Source: Chloroflexota bacterium
GTDB taxonomy: Bacteria > Chloroflexota > Limnocylindria > Limnocylindrales > Limnocylindraceae
Assembly (NCBI GenBank): GCA_038145565.1
Contig: JAYQPX010000001.1
Coordinates: 74,255 to 125,799, forward strand
Reading direction: 5' to 3'
DNA length: 51,545 nucleotides
The position numbers were made by a program, and so were the translations under genes. A model generated the notes under the pieces. That model worked only from the letters and a program-made list of their open reading frames with translations, did no database searches and was not told where the DNA came from. Positions 9,428 to 18,360 of this stretch are shown here, piece by piece. The first letter of the stretch is position 1. Every line of letters starts with the position of its first letter.

Positions 9428-10000
9428 ATGAACCGCGAACGAGAGCTCAAGTACACTGCGCTCACCTCAGAACCACCCCGCCTCCCCCACGGGTGGAGCC
9501 TCGGCCCAGAGCGCGCAGTCGAAGAGATCGTTGATACCTACCTTGATTATGCGGAGACGCTGATCACGCGCGGCTGGGCGCTGCGGAGACGCGAGACAGT
9601 CGGAGCACCAACGCGATACACGCTAAAGCGCAACGCACAGCAGGTAGGAGCGTTTCATCAGCGCGATGAGATTGAGCGAGAGGGCGATCAGGTCCCCGCC
9701 GAGATCATGGATGAGATTGGCGCGCAGCTCGCATCAGAACTCCGTGAGGTTGTGACGATGCGACAGAGGCGAAGGAGCTGGCCGCTCCAGCTCAATGGGA
9801 GAGTTGTCGCGGACCTCACCACGGACGAAATTCAGTCAGGCGACGCGCAATGGACTGAGCTCGAAGTTGAGTTCGCCCCGTCGGTGAGTGATGCAGATGC
9901 AACAGAAATGGCAACAGAACTGCAAGAGTTCTTTGCTGGCGACGAAACACTTACGCCGAGCCGCCGGTCAAAGCTTGAGGCCGCTATCGCTGCGCTCTGA
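9428..10000 (+). CDS. CYTH (triphosphate tunnel metalloenzyme) domain protein
   Basis: N-terminal ExExK (ERELKY), DTYLD, LRRR, TLK, ELEVE and a terminal SKL. Lies between ppk1 and ppx. Confidence 0.85.
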   Translation: MNRERELKYTALTSEPPRLPHGWSLGPERAVEEIVDTYLDYAETLITRGWALRRRETVGAPTRYTLKRNAQQVGAFHQRDEIEREGDQVPAEIMDEIGAQLASELREVVTMRQRRRSWPLQLNGRVVADLTTDEIQSGDAQWTELEVEFAPSVSDADATEMATELQEFFAGDETLTPSRRSKLEAAIAAL

Positions 10001-11003
10001 CAAGGTCACCCAGTGCGCCGCGCCATGAGGATCCTCCGAGCGCCTCAGCAATGATCACTCCTTCACGAATACCGCCACGATCAACACGTAGATCGGTCAC
10101 CCCTGTCTGCTGAAGCAGCGCCTCAAGAATGGAGAGCCCCGCGGGGAGGAGTCGCGCTCGTCGCTCTGAGATTGCATACGCGCTTGAGATCTCCGCTGCC
10201 GAAAGTGAGGCGAGCCGCTCGCCCATCAGCCGCAGATCAGCCGGCCGTACGGCGTGGGTCAGCAAGGTTTCTGGGACGAGCTTCAGGAGTCGCGTCGCGG
10301 TACCGCCAACGAGGACGAGTTGCGCGGCATCTCCTGCTGGCAGGTGGCTGAAGGCCGTCTGCGCATGATCTCGAAGCGCGCGCCATTCGCGGAGCTTCGG
10401 CGGATCGGAATAGTTCACGCGCGTCATCAAGCGCGCCGAACCAATGGAGAAACCCTGTGCCACCGGAGCGCGACCCGGAACTAGGCGCACGATCTCCGTG
10501 GAGCCGCCGCCAATATCTCCAACGAGTAGCGGCTTGGAGCGATCGTGCGCATGGATGAGACCAAGGACGGTGAGGAAGCCCTCTTCTTCGTGCTCTAGGA
10601 CGATCGGCTCAAGTCCGAGTCGACTGCGAATCTCCTTGACGACGCTCGCGCGATCCTTTGCGCGACGGAGTGGCTCCGTGGCAACCACTGTGAGTGAGTG
10701 CGCGCCGAGTCGGAGTGCTCGTGCGTGGAAACGGTCGAGTGCATCAATGACGTCACTCGTTGCCTTGCTACCAATCTCTTCGCGCCGCTCGACAAGGCGG
10801 CCCAGCTCTGAAGGGATCGACTCATCCGTGAGCGAACCGAGGCGCACGCCGTCAGTCACTGCCACCAGAAGGTGGATGGAGTTCGAGCCAATGTCCGCGA
10901 CCGCCCCAATTCTCGGGGGGTTGGTGTTTACCGCGAGTTCACCTGCCCCCTCACGATGGGCGACGGAGATCCGCGAAGGTGCGCCAGAGGGAGTTCGTTT
11001 CAC
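9984..11003 (-). CDS. ppx: Ppx/GppA exopolyphosphatase (short form, no HD domain)
   Basis: Motifs DIGSNS, ATEPLR, EEEG, DIGGGSTE and GIREG. A TAGGAT -10 lies 6 nt before the GTG. Confidence 0.88.
   Translation of the reverse strand: MKRTPSGAPSRISVAHREGAGELAVNTNPPRIGAVADIGSNSIHLLVAVTDGVRLGSLTDESIPSELGRLVERREEIGSKATSDVIDALDRFHARALRLGAHSLTVVATEPLRRAKDRASVVKEIRSRLGLEPIVLEHEEEGFLTVLGLIHAHDRSKPLLVGDIGGGSTEIVRLVPGRAPVAQGFSIGSARLMTRVNYSDPPKLREWRALRDHAQTAFSHLPAGDAAQLVLVGGTATRLLKLVPETLLTHAVRPADLRLMGERLASLSAAEISSAYAISERRARLLPAGLSILEALLQQTGVTDLRVDRGGIREGVIIAEALGGSSWRGALGDLVRAQR
10926..10947 (+). promoter_or_regulatory. Candidate PHO box (two 11-bp direct-repeat units) upstream of phoU, inside the ppx 5' region
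   Basis: GTTTACCGCGA-GTTCACCTGCC, with units starting at 10926 and 10937. Confidence 0.5.
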
Positions 11004-11009
11004 CCCGCC

Positions 11010-11030
11010 ATCCTAGCGGGGCGCTACGAT
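11010..11030. promoter_or_regulatory. Back-to-back -10 elements for ppx (TAGGAT, minus, 11010-11015) and phoU (TACGAT, plus, 11025-11030)
   Basis: Two TANNNT hexamers in a 66-bp divergent gap. Confidence 0.55.
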
Positions 11031-11069
11031 GTAACGAATAGCCAGGGGAAACCCTGGGAGGAGTTTGAA

Positions 11070-11822
11070 ATGAGTGATGGAAAAGAGCCCGGTCGGGTGG
11101 AAAACGAGATCAACGAGATCCTCGCGCGCACGACGAGTGGTGCTGGCGCAACGCCTGCTCCGCAAGGGGCTCGTGACCCGCTTGACCGTGAGCTGCGACA
11201 GATCAAGGAGATCATCGTGCGCATGGGGAGCCTCACGGAAGCAGCAATCCGAGACGCTCTCACCGCACTCACCACCCATGACGCCACGCTCGCTGAGAAG
11301 ATCATCGTCAACGATCGCACCATCAATGCCATGCAACATGAAGTCATCAGCGTGATCACCACCACGATCGCAACACAGAGTCCGGTTGCGCGCGACCTGA
11401 GAAACCTTCTCACGATGAACCATGTCGCCTATGAGCTCGAGCGCATCGCCGACCACGCCTCTTCGGTGGCGAAGGTGGCGAAGCAGCTCGCCCCAGAGCC
11501 GGCCCTTCAACGATACCTTCACCTCCCAGAGATCGGCGAACTCGCAGCGGCGCAGCTCCACGGCGTCCTCCTCGCACTGGTCGACTCCGACGCCGTGCGG
11601 GCCCGTGAAGTTGCGGTCAGCGATGACCAGATCGATGCGCTGTACCGCAAGTCCTTCGATGAGTGCGTCTTGCTGATGGAGGCTGATAAGAGCAACGTAG
11701 AGCGCGGCACCCGCCTCCTCTTCGCTGCGCACTACCTTGAGCGCATTGGCGACCGAACCACCAACATTGCCGAAGATATCGTCTACCTCGTCTCTGGCGA
11801 GGTGGAAGACCTGAATCCATGA
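11070..11822 (+). CDS. phoU: Phosphate signalling protein PhoU
   Basis: Motifs PVARDLR, ELERIADHA, DDQID and LERIGDRTTNIAE. GGAGGAG SD before ATG 11070. Confidence 0.95.
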   Translation: MSDGKEPGRVENEINEILARTTSGAGATPAPQGARDPLDRELRQIKEIIVRMGSLTEAAIRDALTALTTHDATLAEKIIVNDRTINAMQHEVISVITTTIATQSPVARDLRNLLTMNHVAYELERIADHASSVAKVAKQLAPEPALQRYLHLPEIGELAAAQLHGVLLALVDSDAVRAREVAVSDDQIDALYRKSFDECVLLMEADKSNVERGTRLLFAAHYLERIGDRTTNIAEDIVYLVSGEVEDLNP

Positions 11823-12337
11823 GCGCTGCGAAGGCGGCGCGAACGGGAGAAACGCTTTTCCTCATCCGGCACGCAGACGTGGGGGATCCATCTGAGTGGA
11901 TCGGTCCGGACGCTGAACGACCACTCAGTGGCAAAGGCGTGAAGCAGGTCGCGCGTCTCGCCGCCACACTCCTCGCTGCAGAGACGGCGATCGATGAGAT
12001 TCGTTATTCGCCCGCGCGCCGATGTGTGGAGACAGCCACCGTGCTCTCTGCAGTCCTCGAAGTTGAGGCCGTCGCTGACGAGCGCCTCCTTGACGGTCCA
12101 CCGATCGCACAGCTCGCCCGAATGTTTGACCAGAAAGGGGTAACTCGACTCGCCCTGGTCGGACATGAACCGAATCTGAGTCGACTGCTGAGCGAACTCA
12201 CCGGGATTGCAAGTCTCTCCGTCGAAAAGGGCGCTCTGATTCGCATTGACCTGCCGAACGGCGTCAGCGCGGGGAGCGGTCGCCTTGTGACGATCGCGCC
12301 GCCGTCACTACTCCGCGCCCCCAAAGAAGAACGCTAA
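11819..12337 (+). CDS. sixA: SixA-like phosphohistidine phosphatase
   Basis: Motifs LIRHA, D.ERPLS.KG, SPARRC.ETA and LVGHEP. ATGA-coupled to phoU. Confidence 0.88.
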   Translation: MSAAKAARTGETLFLIRHADVGDPSEWIGPDAERPLSGKGVKQVARLAATLLAAETAIDEIRYSPARRCVETATVLSAVLEVEAVADERLLDGPPIAQLARMFDQKGVTRLALVGHEPNLSRLLSELTGIASLSVEKGALIRIDLPNGVSAGSGRLVTIAPPSLLRAPKEER

Positions 12338-13041
12338 CTCGCCTCCCCTTCAACACAGGCGGCAACCAGCCCCGGATGGGTGAGGTGTGCCAGATCCTCT
12401 TGCGTACGGAGCGTCCAGACCGCAAGCTCAAGTCCCGCGGCCTGTAGGTCCCTCACCCATGCGCTGCCCAGGAGCGACTTCTCAACGGAGACACCGTCGA
12501 CTCCCAGCGCATGCGCCCGTGCACGCGTCCGAGCAGATGGAGATTCAACGTTGAGCCAGCGTGACCACTGTGGGGCGCCCAAACCAACCTCTCGCAGTGC
12601 ATCGTCATCAAAACTCGAGATCACCAACCGCGCTCCTGCGTCCATGGACCGCTCACCAAGCACAGCGAAGAAGCTCGGCAGGGGTGGCACCTTCAGTTCA
12701 ACGTCAAAGAAGAGCGAGTCTGGGAGCACGGCAAGTGCGTCAGAGAGCGTTGGCACGCCCAGGCGTTGAAGCTCGCTCGCACCAAGTTCACTCACCGCTC
12801 GTTCGTCCCCATGCGTGCGCGCGAGGGTTTCGTCATGAATGATCACAGGCACCCCATCACGGGAGAAGCGCACGTCGAATTCTACGCCATCACATCCGGT
12901 CGACGCAGCAGCAAGTAGTGCGTCGAGCGAGTTCTCAGGGTGCGCTAATGCACCGCCATGTACGCCACGGTGCGCGAGTCGAAGTGGACGACCTACCGTC
13001 TGAGCGGCCGATGTTGCGGGTGGCGCTCCAGCTCTCTCCAC
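12334..13041 (-). CDS. Glycerophosphodiester phosphodiesterase (GDPD)
   Basis: Motifs AHRG, PENS, VEFDV, IIHD, ELK, ISSF and VWT. Confidence 0.9.
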   Translation of the reverse strand: MERAGAPPATSAAQTVGRPLRLAHRGVHGGALAHPENSLDALLAAASTGCDGVEFDVRFSRDGVPVIIHDETLARTHGDERAVSELGASELQRLGVPTLSDALAVLPDSLFFDVELKVPPLPSFFAVLGERSMDAGARLVISSFDDDALREVGLGAPQWSRWLNVESPSARTRARAHALGVDGVSVEKSLLGSAWVRDLQAAGLELAVWTLRTQEDLAHLTHPGLVAACVEGEAS

Positions 13042-13055
13042 TCGTTCAGATGCGC

Positions 13056-14285
13056 TCAGCGCAGAGGGAGTCGAATGGTGAACGTCGTGCCGACCCCAAC
13101 CGTGGAGTCGGCCTCAATGCTCCCGCCGTGGCGGAGGATTGCGTGACGTGCGATCGCAAGCCCGAGCCCGGTTCCTGCACCACCCACTGAAGGGGTCACG
13201 TTCGGAATGCGCTCAACCGTATAAAAACGCTCAAAGATGCGCGAGAGATGCCGACGCTCGATACCGATCCCCTCATCCGCGACCTGGATCTCTACGAATG
13301 GCTTCAGCTCAGCGGCTGAAGAGGTGGAGAGGCGAATGGTGACCTTCCCCTCCGGTCGGCTGTACTTCACGCCGTTATGCACAAGGTTCGCAAACGCCTG
13401 CCGCAGTCGATCGCGATCCCCCGGCACCATCCACGGACCAGGACCAACCTCTTCTACCAGGATCTTTCCGCCGTGCCGCGTGGCGACAGGGGTGAAGCGC
13501 GTGGCAACCTCCTCCGCCAGATCTCGTAGATCGACTGGAGCCGTGCGGAGTGCCACCTCCCCCGATTCAAGTGTGGCCAGATCGAGCATTTCATCCGCCA
13601 TCTGCACGAGGTGCAGCACTTCTACTTCGATCTGCGAGGCGCGCTCCTTCACGCCGCTGACGTCTCCACGCTCCCCTGCGGCGGCGATTGATTCGGCGAG
13701 CAGTCGAATGGTGCTGAGCGGTGTCCTCAGTTCATGCGAAAGGTTGTCCACGAACTCGGTACGGATCTGTCGCAGGCGCACCACCTCTGTCAGGTCACGC
13801 AGAAGAATCCAGGCGCCGTCATCCCCGTCAGGTGCCGCCGTCACCTGGACGTGACGCATCTCATCGGAGTGGCCAGGGCGAAGATCGCGCAGTGAGATCT
13901 CTCCTCGCGAGATCGTTCCGCTCAGCGCCTCTCGTGCAAGCTCTTCGAGTCGATGGTCGACGGTCGCCTCGATCAACGGGCGCCCGCGCAGATCGTCAAC
14001 CTCTCGCGCCAAGATCTCTCTGCACGACGGGCTCGCAGCACGAATCGTGAGATCCGGAAGCACGCGCAACACGGCATCATCCGTGGCGTCGAGCAGTGCA
14101 TCAAGACGCTGTGCGCGACGCTCCGCTCGGGCTGACTCACGGTCCGCTCGCTCCCCTTCGCGGACGGCACGCGACGTGCTGTCGCTGACTTGGTTACGTC
14201 GACGGCGCAGCATCACCGCAAGAACCAAAGCGGCAAGCGCGAAGAGCGCCACGAAGAGTAGCGTTGGACTGGCGGTCTCGATCAT
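13056..14285 (-). CDS. Sensor histidine kinase, PhoR/SenX3-like (one TM helix, PAS, HisKA, HATPase)
   Basis: Motifs EFVDNLSHELRTPL, NLVHNGVKYS, DEGIGI, RIFERFY and GTGLGLAI. Confidence 0.92.
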   Translation of the reverse strand: MIETASPTLLFVALFALAALVLAVMLRRRRNQVSDSTSRAVREGERADRESARAERRAQRLDALLDATDDAVLRVLPDLTIRAASPSCREILAREVDDLRGRPLIEATVDHRLEELAREALSGTISRGEISLRDLRPGHSDEMRHVQVTAAPDGDDGAWILLRDLTEVVRLRQIRTEFVDNLSHELRTPLSTIRLLAESIAAAGERGDVSGVKERASQIEVEVLHLVQMADEMLDLATLESGEVALRTAPVDLRDLAEEVATRFTPVATRHGGKILVEEVGPGPWMVPGDRDRLRQAFANLVHNGVKYSRPEGKVTIRLSTSSAAELKPFVEIQVADEGIGIERRHLSRIFERFYTVERIPNVTPSVGGAGTGLGLAIARHAILRHGGSIEADSTVGVGTTFTIRLPLR

Positions 14286-16060
14286 CTTTCAGAGGGCGCG
14301 CCGACGTACGTTGGCGGAAACCCTCGGGCGGCAAGTTCCTTTTCGATCGTCTCGCGCTCAAGGCGCTTCTGCGCCACGATACGCTCCACAACGGCTGCCA
14401 GCGGGACCACGCTCCGCTCACCGCTGGCGCGCAGCGTCATCTCCGCGCCGCCCGCATCGAGCGATCTCGGCGAGATGGTCACGATCCATGGCGCGCCGAG
14501 CAGCTCTGCGTCAGCGAACTTCACGCCAGGCGACTCTTCTCGATCGTCAACCAGCAACTCAAGTCCAGCGCTCGCGGCCGCGGACTCCAACGTGGCCGCC
14601 GAAACCTCAACGCGAGGATCTTTGTTAGCGCCGAGCAGCGCGACCTGGGCGTCGAAAGGTGCCACGGCCGTCGGCCAGGCGAGCCCCTTATCATCGTGAT
14701 ACGCCTCCGCCACGCATGCGGCTGCGCGCCCAACACCAATGCCATATGAACCCATGATGATCGGTCGCTTCACCCCCGCCTCATCGAGATACTCGGCGCC
14801 GAGTGACGCTGTGTAGCGCGTTCCCAGCTTGAAGATATTCCCAACCTCGATCCCCTTCTCCAGTCGAACGGGAGCGCCACAAGAGACACAGCCGTCACCC
14901 GTTTTCGCGGATGCGAGATCCACCACGTGGTCAGGAGTGAAGTCGCGTGGAATATTGACGTTCTTTAAGTGGTATCCCTCCTTGTTTGCGCCAGCCACGA
15001 GATTTGCGGAGGAGGCAACGAGCTCATCGACCACCACGAGTGCCCCCTTGGCGCCGATCGGCGAGGCGTAGCCGGGCACCATCTTGGCGGCAACGATCTC
15101 CTCTTCGCGTGCGGGACGAAGATCGCGCGCGCCGATCGCGTTCGTCAGCTTCGTTTCCTCTACATCATCATCACCCCGCACGATGGCAACGATCAGCCGA
15201 TCGTCGCGATCTGCAAAGAAGACGGCCTTTGCGGTCTGCTGATGCGGGACGCCAAGCAGCTCTGCGAGTGCTTGAATCGTTGGGGCGTTTGGTGTCTTCA
15301 CCTCTTCGAGCGGGAGCGGTGCCGCTGCAGCCGGCGTCGCCCTGCGCACACGCGCAACCTGCCGATTTGAGGCGCTGGAGCATGCATCGCAGATCACCAG
15401 GGTGTCCTCGCCGTACTCGCTCGGCGCCATGAACTCATGCGCCCCCGTGCCACCCATCATCCCCACGTCGCTGGCGACGGCAATCGTCTTCAAGCCGAGT
15501 CGCGCGAAGATGCGAGTGTATGCGTGGTAGTAGAGCGCGTAGGAGTGATCGAGCCCTGCCTCATCACGATCCGCCGAATAGGCGTCCTTCATCGTGAACT
15601 CGCGCACGCGAATCAGGCCTCCGCGTGAACGGGGTTCATCTCGCCACTTCGTCTGAAAGTGATAGACCTGCTGCGGAAGTTGTCGCCAGGAGCTCACCAG
15701 CTTGCGGAGGAGGTCGGTCACCACCTCTTCGTGCGTCATAGCGAGAACCATGTCGCGTCCACCACGATCCTTGAACCGGCCCATCTCAGGGCCGATCTGG
15801 TCGTATCGCCCCGTCTCTCTCCAGAGATCGGCGGGGTGAACGACTGGCATCAGCATCTCCTGTCCACCGATGGCATTCATCTCTTCACGGATCACTTGGG
15901 TCACATGCGCGTTGACGCGCATGCCGAGGGGAAGGAGCGAGTAGATCCCAGCTCCCAGCGGACGGATGTACCCAGCGCGGAGCAGGAGCCGATGGGAGGG
16001 CATCTCCGCGTCGGCAGGGTCCTCGCGCAGCGTGCTGAAGAAGAGGTTTCCTATTCGCAT
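14282..16060 (-). CDS. proS: Proline--tRNA ligase (bacterial type with INS editing domain)
   Basis: Motifs SHRLLLRAGYI, LAMTHEE, RDEPRSRGGLIRVREFTMKDAYS, IEVGNIFKLG and MGSYGIG. Confidence 0.97.
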   Translation of the reverse strand: MRIGNLFFSTLREDPADAEMPSHRLLLRAGYIRPLGAGIYSLLPLGMRVNAHVTQVIREEMNAIGGQEMLMPVVHPADLWRETGRYDQIGPEMGRFKDRGGRDMVLAMTHEEVVTDLLRKLVSSWRQLPQQVYHFQTKWRDEPRSRGGLIRVREFTMKDAYSADRDEAGLDHSYALYYHAYTRIFARLGLKTIAVASDVGMMGGTGAHEFMAPSEYGEDTLVICDACSSASNRQVARVRRATPAAAAPLPLEEVKTPNAPTIQALAELLGVPHQQTAKAVFFADRDDRLIVAIVRGDDDVEETKLTNAIGARDLRPAREEEIVAAKMVPGYASPIGAKGALVVVDELVASSANLVAGANKEGYHLKNVNIPRDFTPDHVVDLASAKTGDGCVSCGAPVRLEKGIEVGNIFKLGTRYTASLGAEYLDEAGVKRPIIMGSYGIGVGRAAACVAEAYHDDKGLAWPTAVAPFDAQVALLGANKDPRVEVSAATLESAAASAGLELLVDDREESPGVKFADAELLGAPWIVTISPRSLDAGGAEMTLRASGERSVVPLAAVVERIVAQKRLERETIEKELAARGFPPTYVGAPSER

Positions 16061-16107
16061 TCGGACATCCTACCCGCGCCGCCCGCCTCGCGGCGAATGG
16101 ACGGCGC

Positions 16108-16812
16108 TCAGGTAGTGCGTCGGAGCACGTAGCCGATGTTGCGGACCGTCTGCAGGACCACTGGGCTGGCCGGCGTCGCTTCGATCGCGCGGCGGAGGGC
16201 GTGCATGTGCACATCGACCGTTCGCGTCTCCCCGGCGTAGTCGTACCCCCAGACCCGATCCAGCAGCTGCTCGCGACTGTAGACACGGCCAGCGTTGGCG
16301 ATGAGGAAGGCAAGGAGCTGGAAGGCCTTCGGCTTCACATGTACGACGGCACCGTTGCGAAGGATTCGCTGTCCCTCAAGGTCAATCTCTGCCTCTCCGA
16401 TCCGCACCAGCTGCTCAGCGCTCGTTGCTGGGGCTGCCCCGCTGCGACGCAGCACGGCGCGGATTCGCGCAGAGAGCTCGCGCGATGAGAACGGCTTCGT
16501 CACGTAATCATCGGCGCCAAGGTTGAGTCCGGCGACGCGATCTGTCTCGGACGCTTTCGCCGTGACCATGATGACTGGAACGCTGGAATTCGTACGTATG
16601 GCGCGACACACCTCGATGCCACTCATCTCGGGAAGCATGAGGTCAAGGAGCACAAGGTCGGGTGCATGCGCGCGAAATGCAGCGAGACCAGCGGCGCCTG
16701 TCGCCGCCTGCTCCACCGAGAAACCTTCAGCGCTCAACGCATCTGCAAGTGCCTCGCGCAGCGGCCGCTCATCTTCTACAAGGAGGATGCGCGCCGACTC
16801 ACTCTTCACCAT
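16108..16812 (-). CDS. OmpR-family response regulator, PhoB/RegX3-like
   Basis: Motifs VEDE, LLDLMLP, GADDYVTKPF, REQLLDRVWG, TRTVDVH and TVRNIGY. Confidence 0.93.
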   Translation of the reverse strand: MVKSESARILLVEDERPLREALADALSAEGFSVEQAATGAAGLAAFRAHAPDLVLLDLMLPEMSGIEVCRAIRTNSSVPVIMVTAKASETDRVAGLNLGADDYVTKPFSSRELSARIRAVLRRSGAAPATSAEQLVRIGEAEIDLEGQRILRNGAVVHVKPKAFQLLAFLIANAGRVYSREQLLDRVWGYDYAGETRTVDVHMHALRRAIEATPASPVVLQTVRNIGYVLRRTT

Positions 16813-16831
16813 GCAACCCTCCCGCCTTTCC

Positions 16832-16848
16832 GTTAACGACGTGTGAAC
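16832..16848 (-). promoter_or_regulatory. Candidate PHO box upstream of the response regulator
   Basis: Minus strand reads GTTCAC-acgtc-GTTAAC with an 11-bp period, about 20 nt before the ATG. Confidence 0.55.
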
Positions 16849-16854
16849 AGCACC

Positions 16855-18360
16855 TCAGGCGGCGCGCAGGACGGCGATCGCCTGATCGATGCGCGTAAGG
16901 ACCGCCGCGCGGCCGAGGAGCCTCATGCTGTCGAAGAGTGGGGGCGTCGCGGCACGACCAGTTGCCGCTGCGCGGAGTGCCATGAAGAGATCGCCCGCCT
17001 TCCAGCCCTGCTCTTCCGCAAGCGTACGAAGCTTCGCCTCGAGTGGATCGGGCGCGTCAAGGAGTGGTGCGTCACCTTCGCCGATCCCATCCGCAATGAG
17101 GGGGCGTGCCGCTTCGAGCGCGGCGCACGCTGTAGCCGCCTCCCAACGTTTCGGTACGAGAAGACCTGGGTCATGCCGCAGCACATCCAAGAAGAGGAAG
17201 TCGGTGAGTTCAATCGCAGACGAGAGGAGCGGAATGCGCTCGCGAATCAGCGGAAGGAGCGCGGCGATCTCGCGATCGGTTGCGGGGCGTCCAATGCGAC
17301 CATCGGCGGCGGCTTGATCGTAGAAGGGTCGCAGGCGTGCCAAGAGTTCCTCGTGCGTCAGCCTCCGAATCCACTGGCCGTTGATCCATTCGAGTCGGGT
17401 GCGATCGAAGACGGCCCCCGCCTTCTGCACATGCTCCAAAGAGAATCGTGCCTGAATCTCTTCCACATTGAGGACTTCGTCCTCACTCCCCGTTGACCAG
17501 CCGAGGAGTGCGAGGAAGTTGATGATCGCCTCTTTAAGGAACCCCTCCGCGCGATAGTCCGAGATTGCCGTTTGGCTCTTGCGCTTGCTCATCTTGGTCC
17601 GATCGGGATTCAGAATCAGGGGGAGGTGTGCAAACTTCGGCAGCGTCACGCCGAGCGCTTGGAAGAGGAGGATGTGCTTCGGCGTGTTGGAGAGGTGGTC
17701 CTCGCCGCGGATCACGTGGGTGATCCCCATATCCGCGTCGTCCACGACCACGGTGAAGTGGTAGAGCGGCGAACCATCCGCGCGGAGGATTACGAGATCG
17801 CCGCCGAGTGCCTCAGCGTCGATCTCGACACGACCGCGGACAAGGTCATCAATGACCACAACGCCCGGCCTGATACGGAACCTCAAGGCGGCCGACTCCC
17901 CCGCCGCAACGCGACGCGCCGCATCCTCTGCTTTGATCCCCGCGCATCGGCCAGAGTATCGGGGCGGGAGCTTCGCCTTCTCGCGCGCACTCCGCTCCGC
18001 ATCTAGTTCCGCGCTAGTACAGAAGCAGTAGTACGCAAGGCCCGCTGTGTAGAGTTGCGCTGCAACTTCGGCGTAGCGCGCGCTGCGAGCCGACTGCCGG
18101 TATGGACCACGCCCTCCGCGCTCCTCGTTCGCGCTGACGACGCCCTCATCCGCTTCAAGCCCGAGCCAGCGCAGCCCCTCAAGGATGTCCGCCTCATGTT
18201 CTGCAGTTGAACGCGCAGTGTCGGTATCTTCCACCCGCACGATGTAGGTGCCGCCGTTTGCGCGGGCATAAAGAAGATTGAAGAGTGCGGTACGTGCGGT
18301 CCCAATGTGGAACGGCCCCGTGGGGCTCGGTGCAATCCGTACGCGCACCTCGCCGCTCAT
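16855..18360 (-). CDS. gltX: Glutamate--tRNA ligase
   Basis: Motifs RIAPSPTGPFHIG, RVEDTD, YRQSAR, THVIRGEDH and KMSKR. Confidence 0.97.
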   Translation of the reverse strand: MSGEVRVRIAPSPTGPFHIGTARTALFNLLYARANGGTYIVRVEDTDTARSTAEHEADILEGLRWLGLEADEGVVSANEERGGRGPYRQSARSARYAEVAAQLYTAGLAYYCFCTSAELDAERSAREKAKLPPRYSGRCAGIKAEDAARRVAAGESAALRFRIRPGVVVIDDLVRGRVEIDAEALGGDLVILRADGSPLYHFTVVVDDADMGITHVIRGEDHLSNTPKHILLFQALGVTLPKFAHLPLILNPDRTKMSKRKSQTAISDYRAEGFLKEAIINFLALLGWSTGSEDEVLNVEEIQARFSLEHVQKAGAVFDRTRLEWINGQWIRRLTHEELLARLRPFYDQAAADGRIGRPATDREIAALLPLIRERIPLLSSAIELTDFLFLDVLRHDPGLLVPKRWEAATACAALEAARPLIADGIGEGDAPLLDAPDPLEAKLRTLAEEQGWKAGDLFMALRAAATGRAATPPLFDSMRLLGRAAVLTRIDQAIAVLRAA

